A stretch of DNA of 64,000 bases. Source: Pedobacter sp. (lineage in GTDB: Bacteria > Desulfobacterota > Desulfuromonadia > Desulfuromonadales > Syntrophotaleaceae). Made by a program: the position numbers and the translations under genes. The first letter of the stretch is position 1. Each line of letters starts with the position of its first letter. The DNA is taken from assembly GCA_050253415.1 (NCBI GenBank), contig JBFWJC010000001.1, positions 904,679 to 968,678 on the forward strand, given 5' to 3'. Under the pieces are notes generated by a model. The model was not told the origin of the DNA. It did not search any database and saw nothing but the letters and a program-made list of their open reading frames with translations. Positions 28,817-38,979 of this stretch are shown piece after piece.

Positions 28817-30391
28817 CTATACCGGTAAGGGCCCGGCGTAACGGTGTGAAAGTTGTGTGGCCCAGCCCTGTCGATCGTGTTTCAGGGCCTGTGGTAGAAG
28901 GTCGAGAATATCCTGGGCGGTCATGCCGTCTTCCCCCTGCCTCAGTGCGGCAAGATCCCCGGCTGCACCGTGCAGGAAAACCCCCTTGCACACCGCTTGT
29001 TCCAGGCTCAGGCCGAGTCCGTGCATGGCGGCGATGGTGCCGGTCAACACATCCCCGGAGCCGGCCGAAGCCATACCGCTGTTGCCGCTGAGGTTGATGA
29101 ACACACGTCCGTCCGGGCAGCCGATCAAGGTGTGAGCTCCTTTCAGGACGATAATAGCGTTCAGATCGGCGGCGGCCCGTTGCACGCTACCGATGCGATC
29201 CTTCTCCAATGTTTCGATGCTTTGCCCGGTCAGGCGAGACATCTCTCCCATATGGGGGGTGAGTACGGTGGGCGCAGGGCGTGTGCGTACCAGATCCAGA
29301 TTTTGGCAGATGGCGGTAATGCCATCGCCGTCGATAAGCAGGGGCCGCTCGATGGCGGCTGTCAGCTCTCGCACCAGTTGCTGGGTTTGTGTTTCGAGGG
29401 ACAACCCTGGTCCGATCACCGTCATATCGAGTCCATTGGCCAGTTTAAGCAGGGTGTCCCGGTTGGACAGTGCAATGCTGCCCATATCGGTGCTTAGCTG
29501 GGGCAAGAATACGATTTCGCTGCCTTTCATGGCGATAAACGGCGTGATGGCGGAGGGTGCCGCCAGACGGCTGTAGCCGCCGCCTGCTTTGAGGTAGGAC
29601 AAGGCGGCAAAACAGGGGGCGCCCAGATAACCGGCGGCGCCTGCAATGAACAGGGCCTGGCCGAAACTTCCCTTGTGGCCGGTATCGGATCGTGCCGGCA
29701 ACGGCGGCGGGGCATTTACGGCGACTTTAAGTTCGTCGTTGGTGTGCAATGCCGGCGGGAAAGAGATGTGACTGACATGCAATTGGCCCCCGAAGGCAAA
29801 GCCGGGGAAAAGCAGATTTCCAATCTTCGGCAGACCAAAGCTTACCGTCTGGGTAGCCTGGATGGCACAGCCGAGTACCTGGCCGGTGTCCCCGTGCACG
29901 CCTGATGGAATGTCGAGGCTCAGAACCGGCTTGCCGCAGGCATTGATGGATTCAATCACTTCCTGATGCAGCCCGGTGACCTCGCGGGCAAGGCCGGTGC
30001 CGAAGATGGCATCGATCACTGCGGCACAATGCGCCAGTCCTACGCTAAGCCCTGACGCACTGTCGAGTTGCTTTATGACTATGGGCATGCGGCGAATGAT
30101 ATTGAGATTAAGCCGCGCGGCTCCGCAAAATTTCTCGGCGTCTCCAAGAATCAGTATCGTAGGCACGCCGCCGGCCGAATGAATCTTGCGCGCGACGACA
30201 AAGCCATCGCCGCCATTGTTTCCAAGTCCGCAAAAGACCATGAATCTGCGTCCCTGCATGGGACCCATTTTTTCCAGAACGGAGAACGCGGCGTGCCCGG
30301 CATTTTCCATGAGTATCTCTTCGGGGATGCCGTACTCCTCGATGGCAGCGCGATCCATGGCGCGCATCTGGTCGACCTGGCTGACTTTCAT
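28817..30391 (-). CDS. nnr: Bifunctional NAD(P)HX epimerase/dehydratase
   Basis: LMENAG, GNNGGDG, DAIFGTG, LDIPSG, HKGSFG, LTPHMGE, GSGDVLTG; GGAGG RBS before ATG 30391. Confidence 0.95.
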   Translation of the reverse strand: MKVSQVDQMRAMDRAAIEEYGIPEEILMENAGHAAFSVLEKMGPMQGRRFMVFCGLGNNGGDGFVVARKIHSAGGVPTILILGDAEKFCGAARLNLNIIRRMPIVIKQLDSASGLSVGLAHCAAVIDAIFGTGLAREVTGLHQEVIESINACGKPVLSLDIPSGVHGDTGQVLGCAIQATQTVSFGLPKIGNLLFPGFAFGGQLHVSHISFPPALHTNDELKVAVNAPPPLPARSDTGHKGSFGQALFIAGAAGYLGAPCFAALSYLKAGGGYSRLAAPSAITPFIAMKGSEIVFLPQLSTDMGSIALSNRDTLLKLANGLDMTVIGPGLSLETQTQQLVRELTAAIERPLLIDGDGITAICQNLDLVRTRPAPTVLTPHMGEMSRLTGQSIETLEKDRIGSVQRAAADLNAIIVLKGAHTLIGCPDGRVFINLSGNSGMASAGSGDVLTGTIAAMHGLGLSLEQAVCKGVFLHGAAGDLAALRQGEDGMTAQDILDLLPQALKHDRQGWATQLSHRYAGPLPV

Positions 30392-30709
30392 GGGGTGATC
30401 CCTCCATAGATCAGACACCGCCCTGGTCGGTGCGGCGGGTCATCAAAACAGGCTTGCGTACGTAAAGAGAACGCTGCAACGGAGCCGGAGTGAATCGCTG
30501 CGCACTTTTGCTTCCTTCTGGATGATATCACGCGCTCGATGCGAAGCAATAGGGGCGGGGTCTGGCTGATGTTGCGAAAATCAAGGAGATCTTAGCCTAT
30601 AACGGGTGAAGGTGTCAAAATCCGCGCGGCGGATAAATGTAATATTTTCGATTACCTTGCAACCTTGTTCCGGGAGGTCCGGCCTCTGCAGTCCCGCTGG
30701 TGCGGCAGG

Positions 30710-32599
30710 TCAGGCGATGCAGTTACGCCCCTTGCTTTTGGCTCGGTAAAGGGCTTTGTCTGCCTGTTCGAAAAGCTGCTGAGGCCGGGAAAGCTGTGAC
30801 GGTGTCATGGTGGCGATGCCAATGCTGACGGTAACAATCGGTGCGACCTGTGACGCGGAGTGGGGAATGTCCAGCAGGGCAATGCGCTGTTGAATGCGCT
30901 GGGCAAACAGCTGCGCTTTTTCGTCATTTAATCCGGGCAACAACAGGATGAATTCTTCGCCGCCGTAGCGGGCCGCCAGATCGGAGGAACGGTGGGCTAA
31001 CTCGGACAGCACGCCAGCGATGGCTTTCAGACATTGGTTGCCAGCCTGGTGGCCATAGGTGTCGTTGTATTGTTTGAAATAATCGACATCACATAAAATC
31101 AGAGACAACGGCTCCTGGCGACGTTGCATCAGCCCCCACATCTGTTGCAGGAATCCTTCAAAATGTGTGTAGTTGGCAAGCTGGGTCAGGCCGTCCATCA
31201 GCGACAGCGTCTGAAGTCTATGGTTCGCCTTGCGTAAGGCGGCATTGGCGTGACCCAGATCGCGGGTGCGTTTGGCAACGCGTTTTTCCAGTAATTGATT
31301 CTGGCAGGCGATCTGTTCCGCAAGGTTTTCATTGTCGCTGAATATGCCCTCCACGGTGTTGAACCACGGCTGCCAGCAACGGGGAACTTTGATTTCAGGT
31401 TTGGGCTGACGCCGGCTCAGGGCCAGCATGAATTTCAGAAAAATCTTTGAGGGCCGGACGATATAGATGTGGGTAATGAACATCCATGCTGCTACCACCA
31501 GGGACAATTCCACCATTAGAAGCAGGGGACCGACGCCGAGATGCTGCAGAGTTGCCTGCATCCATGTTTGATTTCGGCGGTAAAAAATCAGTTGCCAGGG
31601 GGCTTGTTGCAGAGGCATGCGCAAAACGCTATAGGTCCCCCAATTGCGCAGCTGCCCCGCTGGGATTGCCGCGAAATCATCCACCTGCAGGCCAGCAGGG
31701 AGAATTTGCTCCAGGGTCAGGGAACGGGCAGGGTTTCCGGCAATCGGGGTCGGAGAGGCCAATAAGTGCTCCTGCTCATCGATGAGTAGTAGCGTGCCCT
31801 GTTCGGCTTCGAGGAAGGCAGCGGATTCGAAAAGCTCACGCAGGTTGAAGTCCATGGCTATGACGCCGAGAAACCGATCGCCAAAGTAGACTGGCGCCGC
31901 ACAGGTGGCCGTCGGATTGTCTGCTGTCTTTTTAAAAGGCGTATGCGACCAGTAGAGTTGGCGCGAAGGGTTGTGCGTCGGCGCCCCGGCCATAAACAGG
32001 GGGTGCTGCAATAAGGCAGGGGTGAAATGATAGCGCTCCGAAGGTTGCCATGGATACAGGCTCAGGAAGCTATGGGCGGAGATGTAATAGAACCATGGGG
32101 TTGGAATAAATGAATCGGCTGCGGCTTGAAAGCTGCTGTAGAGACCCAGCGCCATATTCATTTCGCGAAGGGTTTCGGAGTCACATTGTGTCGGCTTTCC
32201 CGAGCCGGTGAGACTGCCGATTTGTTCCTGCAGGAAGGGGTGCTGTAACCTATCGAGATGAAAATAACCCTTTTTCTCATCGTATTGCAGCGAGGATGTC
32301 AGGAGGCAGCTTGCTGTTGGATCGTGATCCTGACGAGTTTGTATTACCTGGGTTTGCGCCGTGGCGCGCAAGGTCCGGATATGGTCGCCAATGCGGGTCA
32401 GGGAACTATCCAGATGGCGGGACTTTTCTATCAATCGGGTTGTCAGGGCCCGATTGTTTTGTCTGGTAAGATGATGGCTGCTTCTGTCTAGAAACAGGCC
32501 GGCCAAGCTGCCCAGCAACAAAAATGTAGCCAGCATGAAAGCTGATAGGCGCGTATGAAACCTGACCAGGTTGGACTTCTTGGACATGATGAAGAGCAC
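30710..32599 (-). CDS. dCache sensor GGDEF protein (Asn at base-specificity site)
   Basis: TM-Cache-TM; DVDYFKQYNDTYGHQAGN, RSSD I-site, RYGGEEF; alternative start 32587. Confidence 0.92.
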   Translation of the reverse strand: MLFIMSKKSNLVRFHTRLSAFMLATFLLLGSLAGLFLDRSSHHLTRQNNRALTTRLIEKSRHLDSSLTRIGDHIRTLRATAQTQVIQTRQDHDPTASCLLTSSLQYDEKKGYFHLDRLQHPFLQEQIGSLTGSGKPTQCDSETLREMNMALGLYSSFQAAADSFIPTPWFYYISAHSFLSLYPWQPSERYHFTPALLQHPLFMAGAPTHNPSRQLYWSHTPFKKTADNPTATCAAPVYFGDRFLGVIAMDFNLRELFESAAFLEAEQGTLLLIDEQEHLLASPTPIAGNPARSLTLEQILPAGLQVDDFAAIPAGQLRNWGTYSVLRMPLQQAPWQLIFYRRNQTWMQATLQHLGVGPLLLMVELSLVVAAWMFITHIYIVRPSKIFLKFMLALSRRQPKPEIKVPRCWQPWFNTVEGIFSDNENLAEQIACQNQLLEKRVAKRTRDLGHANAALRKANHRLQTLSLMDGLTQLANYTHFEGFLQQMWGLMQRRQEPLSLILCDVDYFKQYNDTYGHQAGNQCLKAIAGVLSELAHRSSDLAARYGGEEFILLLPGLNDEKAQLFAQRIQQRIALLDIPHSASQVAPIVTVSIGIATMTPSQLSRPQQLFEQADKALYRAKSKGRNCIA

Positions 32600-32744
32600 A
32601 ATCCCAATAAAACATAAAAAGATGTTGCAATGTTTTTCATTAAAATAGAGATTTTAGCTTTACTGGGGGCTGGATGTAAAGGATTTTGAAAAAAGTCACC
32701 GACTGCGTTACGGTTTTTCGTATCCGGAAATGGACAGTCCCGAT

Positions 32745-33425
32745 TCAGCACTCCAGGCATGTTCCCAATCCATGGGGAGGATGTAGCTCTTCCTGTATCA
32801 CGGCCGCGGCAGTGGTAATGTCGGGTACGACCTGCCAGGCTTCGGGGAAGCTGGTTTGCGGTGTCAGGCCGCTGGGGATGACCAGGCAGCGTATGCCGGC
32901 TGCCACGGCCGCTTCGAGTCCACGCCTGGTATCCTCGATGACGAGGCATTCTTCGGGACGCAGGCCGCTGCGGGCCAGGGCTTTGAGGTAGGGTTCCGGA
33001 TGCGGTTTGGTAAGTTGAAAGTCTTCGCGTGTGAGGATGAAGTCAAACTGTTGCGGCAGGCCGGTATGGCGATGAATAAGATCGAAATGCTCGCGCAGAG
33101 AACTGGTAACAATGGCCATGCGGCACTGCAGGCGCAGGCCTGCGACCGCATCGATAACTCCCGGCAAGGGTTGAATGCCAGACTGCAGCAAGTCGCTGTA
33201 GCGGGCGTTTTTGACGTTGCGTAATCGTTTGATTTCCGGTGGCGAAAACCCCGCCTGCTGGGCCAGGCTGAGGCTGCTGCGTCCTTCTTCCAGGGTGATG
33301 CGGGAATACAGATCGAGGGGCAGTTGGATGCCGACTTCGGCCAGCGTTTCACTCATGGCCTGGAAATAGAGAGGCTCGGTATCGACCAGGATGCCGTCAT
33401 TATCCCAGAATAGGCCTTTAAGCAT
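32745..33425 (-). CDS. HAD-superfamily phosphatase
   Basis: WDNDGILVDT, VTSS, KPHPEPY, IEDT..G. Confidence 0.92.
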   Translation of the reverse strand: MLKGLFWDNDGILVDTEPLYFQAMSETLAEVGIQLPLDLYSRITLEEGRSSLSLAQQAGFSPPEIKRLRNVKNARYSDLLQSGIQPLPGVIDAVAGLRLQCRMAIVTSSLREHFDLIHRHTGLPQQFDFILTREDFQLTKPHPEPYLKALARSGLRPEECLVIEDTRRGLEAAVAAGIRCLVIPSGLTPQTSFPEAWQVVPDITTAAAVIQEELHPPHGLGTCLEC

Positions 33426-33440
33426 AACTTCTATAATTCC

Positions 33441-34085
33441 TTATTCGTCGTTCGGATTTTCGCAGGGCAGAATTTTTACCGGGACGGAACAGCCTGCCTC
33501 GAAATGTTTTGCGTCGACCACGGATCCGATACTCCGTCCATAATGCATGGGGATGGCGAGTTTTGGGCGAATCAGTCCCGCGGCCTCGGCCGCTTCGGCA
33601 GCGGTCATGACGTAAGTGCCGCTGACCGGAAGCAAGGCGATGTCGCAGACGATGCCGGCCATTTCCGGAATCAGATCGCTGTCGCCGGCGTGATAGATGC
33701 GACGCTCGTCCACCGTTACAATAAACCCGACATTGCCTGCTTGTTTGGGGTGGAAAACCAGTCCGGGGGCGCGGAACTTGTCGAGATTGTAGGCCGGCAC
33801 GGTTTCTACCAGCACATCGCCGACCTCCCGTCGCTCGCCCACCTGCACCACACGTACAGGCTCGGGGAGCTTGGCCGCGGCCGCAGCCACAGTCATTATG
33901 ACGGTATGCGGGGTGCGGATGCGCGCCACATCCTCCGGGGAGCAGTGGTCGTGGTGGTCGTGGGTGATCAGGATCAGGTCCGCAGGAGGGCCGTCAGGGA
34001 TCTGCCATGGGTCGATGTAAATCACCATGCCACTGCCTTCGATGCGAAAACTGTCGTGGCCAAGCCAATGGATGTCGTGAAACAT
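33441..34085 (-). CDS. MBL-fold metallo-hydrolase
   Basis: WLGHDSF, ITHDHHDH, YHAGD, IPMHYG. Confidence 0.92.
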   Translation of the reverse strand: MFHDIHWLGHDSFRIEGSGMVIYIDPWQIPDGPPADLILITHDHHDHCSPEDVARIRTPHTVIMTVAAAAAKLPEPVRVVQVGERREVGDVLVETVPAYNLDKFRAPGLVFHPKQAGNVGFIVTVDERRIYHAGDSDLIPEMAGIVCDIALLPVSGTYVMTAAEAAEAAGLIRPKLAIPMHYGRSIGSVVDAKHFEAGCSVPVKILPCENPNDE

Positions 34086-34348
34086 GCGGCATGCCTCCTT
34101 GTTCGCTGGGTGGACGATGCTCCTATTATATCAGAATCAGCGGCCGGGATGCGGCCTGGAGCAGGAATGAATCCACCCGTTAAAGCGGTAAATGCGTCCT
34201 TGATGGTCCCCGTTCTCGTTACGGTCCCGCCGCCCTGTGGGGTCGGCTTATAGCCATTGCTGAAGATGGACTTTGACCGGTATGAAAAAAATGGTCTATA
34301 CTTTTTCATAAACCGTTTTTATGGATGACTTATTGAAGGAGAGATCTT

Positions 34349-35143
34349 GTGAAAAAGTGGTTTGTTGCAGCAGGTGTGGTGACAGTCGCACTGGTGGTTC
34401 TGGTGGTCGTCGGAGTCTCCAATCTGGGACCCATTATCAAACAGGCGGTCAACTCGCAGGGCCCCGGGGTGACCGGCACCGATTTGCACGTGGGAAATGT
34501 TGACATTGCCTTGTTTTCCGGTCGTGCCAGCATCGAGGATTTTTTGCTCGGCAACCCCCAGGGGTTTGAAGCGCCCTATGCTGTGTCGGTTAAAACCATC
34601 AAGGTCGATATCGACGAAAAATCTCTGACCGGGGATACCGTGATTATCGACCGTATCGAAGTGGTCGCACCCCGTATTATATTTGAAAAAAATCGCGGAA
34701 GCGATAACTTCAAAGCTTTGTTAAGCAATGTGCAGAGGTCCTCGGCAGGAGCTGAAAAGGACGCTGCAAAGGCTGATGCAGGGCGTAAAAAATTACTGAT
34801 CCGGGAATTTATCCTGCGAGATGGCAAGGTGAATCTGGCCATTAAGGGGCTTAAGGGGAAAGATCTCACGGCCTCATTGCCTGAAATACGCTTGGAAAAT
34901 ATCGGACAGCAGCAGGGGGGGGCGACTCCGGCTCAAGTTGCCAAGGAGGTTTTTACCGCGCTTTATGGCAAAATCACCTCCGCGGATATGAAGGACGTCC
35001 TGCAGAAAAACCTGTCCGATGTGAAGGGGCAGGTGTCCGGTCTCAAAACAGGGGCTGAAAAGGAGCTGGATGCGACCAGGGAACAGACCACGCAAAGCGT
35101 GGATGCCGCCAAGGAGTCGCTTAAGGGGCTGCTTGGTAAATAG
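34349..35143 (+). CDS. AsmA/DUF748-like membrane-anchored protein
   Basis: N-terminal TM, LGNPQGF, beta-rich body; GTG with AAGGAG RBS. Confidence 0.7.
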   Translation: MKKWFVAAGVVTVALVVLVVVGVSNLGPIIKQAVNSQGPGVTGTDLHVGNVDIALFSGRASIEDFLLGNPQGFEAPYAVSVKTIKVDIDEKSLTGDTVIIDRIEVVAPRIIFEKNRGSDNFKALLSNVQRSSAGAEKDAAKADAGRKKLLIREFILRDGKVNLAIKGLKGKDLTASLPEIRLENIGQQQGGATPAQVAKEVFTALYGKITSADMKDVLQKNLSDVKGQVSGLKTGAEKELDATREQTTQSVDAAKESLKGLLGK

Positions 35144-35165
35144 TGTATCCATAGAGTTAAACAGA

Positions 35166-35196
35166 ACGGGCCTGCCACTGGCAGGCCCGTTTTTTA
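35166..35196. terminator. Intrinsic terminator between convergent genes
   Basis: AACGGGCCTGCCA-C-TGGCAGGCCCGTTTTTT. Confidence 0.75.
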
Positions 35197-35595
35197 TTTG
35201 CTGTTGGTAGCTTCGGCGTCAGGCAGATCGAAATCGGCCAGCACCCCGGAAAAGCTTCGCTCGTTGGGGGAGGAGCATCGGTAGATGAAACTGTCCATTT
35301 TCAGGTAGGCCTTGCCCTTGGATGGCTTGTACCGGATTCGCATGCGCCCTTCGGCGGTATTGGTTTCCGATGACAGGTAAAATTGACGGAAGGGTTCGTC
35401 CGGACCGAGGGTGAACTGGGTAAGAACTTCATCATTGATGGAAAAATGCACGTTGACTTGTTGGTCGGTGGTCATTTCCCATTCCATGTCAAAACAGCCG
35501 AACAGTTTGCTGCCGGATGTTTCGCCGGCTATGCAAGAGATAGCCCCTGTGCCGATCAGCAGCAGGGCGCAGAGCAGGATTTTGATGAATTGCAT
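35194..35595 (-). CDS. Hypothetical exported protein
   Basis: Signal peptide, GGAG RBS. Confidence 0.65.
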   Translation of the reverse strand: MQFIKILLCALLLIGTGAISCIAGETSGSKLFGCFDMEWEMTTDQQVNVHFSINDEVLTQFTLGPDEPFRQFYLSSETNTAEGRMRIRYKPSKGKAYLKMDSFIYRCSSPNERSFSGVLADFDLPDAEATNSK

Positions 35596-35778
35596 GACAT
35601 CTCCAAAAGGTAGGGGAGCCTTTATCCGCAGGGTGATGCAGTGAAGGCGTCAACGGAAAAAAGGTCCATGTTATAACATCGGTGCTACATGTGCCTTAGA
35701 CCTTCGGTTGTATCTCTGTGTTACGATCTCGGTACGTTTGCAGGCCGGGGGTCGGTCGAGTGCTGGACAAGGGGGACG

Positions 35779-36279
35779 CTAAATCAGGGCCAGCAACGGG
35801 TTGTGCCCATTGGTCCGGTCCTTCACGATCAAAGTGGTGACCGGTGCCAGGGAGTGCTTGTTGAATAACAGGTCATGGCCAAGGCACAGCCCCATCGATA
35901 CGTTCAGTTGGGTCTCCGCCGTTGCTAACAGCTGCGCCTGGCCGATAGGGTTGCAGGCGATTCCCCGGCCCCCTTCTGCCAGGGCCGCAGCCGGCAGTCG
36001 GCAGATTTTGCAGTCGGTGCGTGTAACTTCGAAGCCTTCCTGAGTCAACAGTTCTTCAAGTCGCCCCCCCGCATCCTTGACGGCGACACAGTGGGCGATA
36101 CCGAGCCGGGAATAACCGGCGGCACGGGCGAAGCGGGCGATTTCCTCAACCCTGTTCAATCCTTTGCCTTTGGCGGCTTCGGCAAGTGCCATCAGCTTAA
36201 GGTCTTCTTCATCGTAAAGATCCAGACAGCGTTGCTGTTCTTCGCTGAGGCCGGGATTCTCTAAAATTGCAGTATCCAT
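35779..36279 (-). CDS. DUF1847-family metal-binding protein
   Basis: RVEEI..FA..G..RLGIAHC, CKIC, CNPIGQA, GLCLGHD, PVTTLIVKDR..GHNP; GGAGGAG RBS. Confidence 0.85.
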   Translation of the reverse strand: MDTAILENPGLSEEQQRCLDLYDEEDLKLMALAEAAKGKGLNRVEEIARFARAAGYSRLGIAHCVAVKDAGGRLEELLTQEGFEVTRTDCKICRLPAAALAEGGRGIACNPIGQAQLLATAETQLNVSMGLCLGHDLLFNKHSLAPVTTLIVKDRTNGHNPLLALI

Positions 36280-36395
36280 AAAACTCCTCCGAGACATGAA
36301 TGATTCCACCGGTTGTTTCCTGAGGGTTACCGGAGCATCGGGGAGAAAGCTTGCGCGATTAAGGAGATACTGTCAAGAGGAAAGGGGCTCAGAGC

Positions 36396-36989
36396 TTAAC
36401 GACGGGTGTCATGGCGGCCTTGTGGTAAAGCAGGTCCGGAGGGGCCGAAGGGGTGACAGCGATTGCATGACCGGACCGGTTCGCTGCGGTTGACGTGGCA
36501 TCTTTCGCACAGCGCCATGGCCGAACGGGCTTTAACCGGAACCATGGTGGCATGGGCCAAACCTCCATGACAGGCGGTGCATTGTACCCCACGATCGAGG
36601 TGCAGGGCATGATAAGTGTTATGTGTTTCGCTGGGGCCGGGGTGTTCCCTCAATGTTTCGCCGGGGTGGCATTTATTGCAATTGGCGTTTGGGACTTCGG
36701 CCATCAGGATGGGACCGCTGATACGGCCGGTTACATAGGCATAGAGGTAGCGGGCACCGGCCATATGAGCCTTGATTTCGCCGCGCCAGCCTGGCTCGGA
36801 ATGGCACGACAGACAACTCGTCGTCATGGCGTGGTCCGAATTGCGCCATGAAATATAGCGGGTTTCCATCAGGTGGCAGGATGCGCAAAATCTCGGCGTG
36901 GAAGACCATGCCAGTAGCCCCGTCAGGACGGCTATGCCAGCCAGTGTGATCATGCCTCCGATGGCAAGCCATTTGCGTGTGCGCCGCAT
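36396..36989 (-). CDS. NapC/NirT-like membrane-anchored multiheme cytochrome c (6 CXXCH)
   Basis: N-terminal TM then TPRFCASCHLM; CLSCH, CNKCH, CTACH, CERCH, CNRCH. Confidence 0.88.
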   Translation of the reverse strand: MRRTRKWLAIGGMITLAGIAVLTGLLAWSSTPRFCASCHLMETRYISWRNSDHAMTTSCLSCHSEPGWRGEIKAHMAGARYLYAYVTGRISGPILMAEVPNANCNKCHPGETLREHPGPSETHNTYHALHLDRGVQCTACHGGLAHATMVPVKARSAMALCERCHVNRSEPVRSCNRCHPFGPSGPALPQGRHDTRR

Positions 36990-37046
36990 GAGACCCCTTT
37001 GTGGATGTCCCGGCTGGAGGGTACGGTCCTGCCAGCCGGAAAGGCA

Positions 37047-38267
37047 TCAAGGTGTTTGTGGTAAAGGCCGCCGCGCGGCGTCAAGCCGTAACTGGAGCTG
37101 TGCTGGTTCGTGTTTATCATGGTGGTGGCAGCTATTGCAGGAGTTGGGCTGCTTGTTTACATCGCCGTCTCCCAGTTCCACGGTAAGACGCGGTGGGATA
37201 AAGCGGAATGTATGAGTGCGCTCGTCACCCACGGTAGCACTCTTGCCGGTAGCGGGCATATGGCAGGAGATGCAGTCGCTGTGCTGGGGCGCATCTTTGA
37301 TGGGGGCATGACCGCTGACCGGATCGGTGCTGATGGTGGCATGACAGCCAAGGCACAGGTTGTTGCCCGCAACCTTGGTGGAAAAACGATTGCCGGTGCT
37401 GTGGGTGGTGTGGCAGTCCAGGCAGCTTACGCCAGCCTTGAAATGCTGAGATGTCTGCCATTCGGGGTATTGTTGCCGGTGCTGTTTGATCGCCCCGGAA
37501 GGCCACCAGGCGCTGCTGTCATCATAACCGGCCACCTGGAACATGCTCGGCAACAGGCGCTTGCCAACTTGAAACCCAACTGGATAGGCATGTTTGCCAT
37601 CCGGCGATTTGCCACGGGTGTGGCATTGCCCGCAGATATCCGCGGCCAGGTGCCAAGGCAACTTGGCCGGGTTGATAATGGTGTTCGCTCTGGCCAATCC
37701 GCGCGCTTTGACATGGGCGACGCCGGGACCGTGGCAAGCTTCGCAACCGATGCTCAACTCCGCCCAGCTGTTGTCGGCAGGCCAGAAGCCGGTCACATGG
37801 CAGTACGCGCAGTCGGTTTTCCAGTTGGGGCCTTGGGGGTCGCTGAAGTGGTAAGGGGCCCAAGTGTTGTCGACCATATTCCACTGAAATTTCTGCACTT
37901 CCCAATCGGCATTGATATAGCGCTGTTTCCAGAGAACGCCGTGTACCAGCATGATATCTGTTTTTTTAAGGTCGCCCAGGCTGGTGACGGAAACGGACTG
38001 TCCCGATGCATCTTTGGTGGTGAAATCGGGAGGGGTAGCCCAATCGCCGAGGATTGCAGGATCGTCCGGACCGTTGACCTGTCGGATAACCATGGAGTGA
38101 GGGGTGGTTTTCCAGGTAGATGCAATGCGATCGTGGCACTGGCCGCAGACAGCTGAACCGACATAACCACCGGGTTTGGCTTCTACCTGCGCGGGATCTT
38201 CACCGCATCCGCCTGTAAAAGCCATGGCCGCCATAGACAGAAACAGTAACATCCAACGGTGTGCCAT
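37047..38267 (-). CDS. Lipoprotein multiheme cytochrome c (8 CXXCH)
   Basis: Lipobox FTGGC; CGQCH, CAYCH, CEACH, CGQCH, CLDCH, CLGCH, CISCH, CNSCH; GGGGAGG RBS. Confidence 0.92.
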   Translation of the reverse strand: MAHRWMLLFLSMAAMAFTGGCGEDPAQVEAKPGGYVGSAVCGQCHDRIASTWKTTPHSMVIRQVNGPDDPAILGDWATPPDFTTKDASGQSVSVTSLGDLKKTDIMLVHGVLWKQRYINADWEVQKFQWNMVDNTWAPYHFSDPQGPNWKTDCAYCHVTGFWPADNSWAELSIGCEACHGPGVAHVKARGLARANTIINPAKLPWHLAADICGQCHTRGKSPDGKHAYPVGFQVGKRLLPSMFQVAGYDDSSAWWPSGAIKQHRQQYPEWQTSQHFKAGVSCLDCHTTHSTGNRFSTKVAGNNLCLGCHATISTDPVSGHAPIKDAPQHSDCISCHMPATGKSATVGDERTHTFRFIPPRLTVELGDGDVNKQPNSCNSCHHHDKHEPAQLQLRLDAARRPLPQTP

Positions 38268-38307
38268 TGAGCACCTCCCCTGTCGGTTGAAAAAATTTAC
38301 TCTTTTC

Positions 38308-38335
38308 AATCTACCGGACAGGAAAGGTTTGTCAA
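38308..38335 (-). promoter_or_regulatory. Sigma70-type promoter for cytochrome pair
   Basis: TTGACA-N16-TAGATT on minus strand. Confidence 0.55.
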
Positions 38336-38342
38336 ATGTCGT

Positions 38343-38969
38343 TTACCGATACTCGATAAGCCAGTCGGTGGCGGGTAAAGTCAGGTGGATCCGGTGGGGG
38401 TGATCACCAAGTTCTCCTTCGCTTTCGGCCAGTTGCCCGCGACAGGTAATGCGATAAGCCTGACATTGGTCAAGGCCGGTGGCTTGGAGAAATGCTTCTG
38501 TGCGTACCATGAGGGATACAACGCCGACCAGGGTACCATCGGAAAGAATCGGACTGCGCATGGCGATCAATCTCGGTTGCACTATAGATCCATGCCCGGG
38601 TTCGCTTAACTGGGAGGTGGGGGTGGTGCGCATTCGATCCCAGAAGTAGTCCAGTTCCTGAACTTTTTTAAGGTCAAAACCACGTGCCAGAAAATTACGC
38701 GAAAAATAGACCTGCCGGATGATGAAACTGTCATCGATCAAGGTGGCGCCGTATAACCCATCGATATCCGATACCAGCGGTTTCATGATGGAACGAAAGG
38801 TGTCGGGGGTCGGATGCTGTCTGGCGGCACGCTCCAGTTTTTCGAACATCCCTGCAAAATAGTTTTGTACCGATGCCGCCATCTGAGTCTCGCTCGGAGC
38901 GGCCATGGATGCAGAGGCGAGCAGACAGAGTGCCACACAAATGCTGAAAATGCGCATCAAACGTTGCAT
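38343..38969 (-). CDS. Hypothetical exported protein (possible Cache/PDC-like fold)
   Basis: Signal peptide ending ASMA; LSEP..IAMRSPI..G.LVGVV pattern; AGGAG RBS. Confidence 0.7.
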   Translation of the reverse strand: MQRLMRIFSICVALCLLASASMAAPSETQMAASVQNYFAGMFEKLERAARQHPTPDTFRSIMKPLVSDIDGLYGATLIDDSFIIRQVYFSRNFLARGFDLKKVQELDYFWDRMRTTPTSQLSEPGHGSIVQPRLIAMRSPILSDGTLVGVVSLMVRTEAFLQATGLDQCQAYRITCRGQLAESEGELGDHPHRIHLTLPATDWLIEYR

Positions 38970-38979
38970 GCTGTAACTC

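Noticed and set aside
37110..38156. 348-aa plus-strand ORF (also 17040..18107, 23991..24818, 25437..26252, 59270..60091, 62228..63175)
   Set aside because: Antisense to well-supported genes; typical of high-GC codon bias
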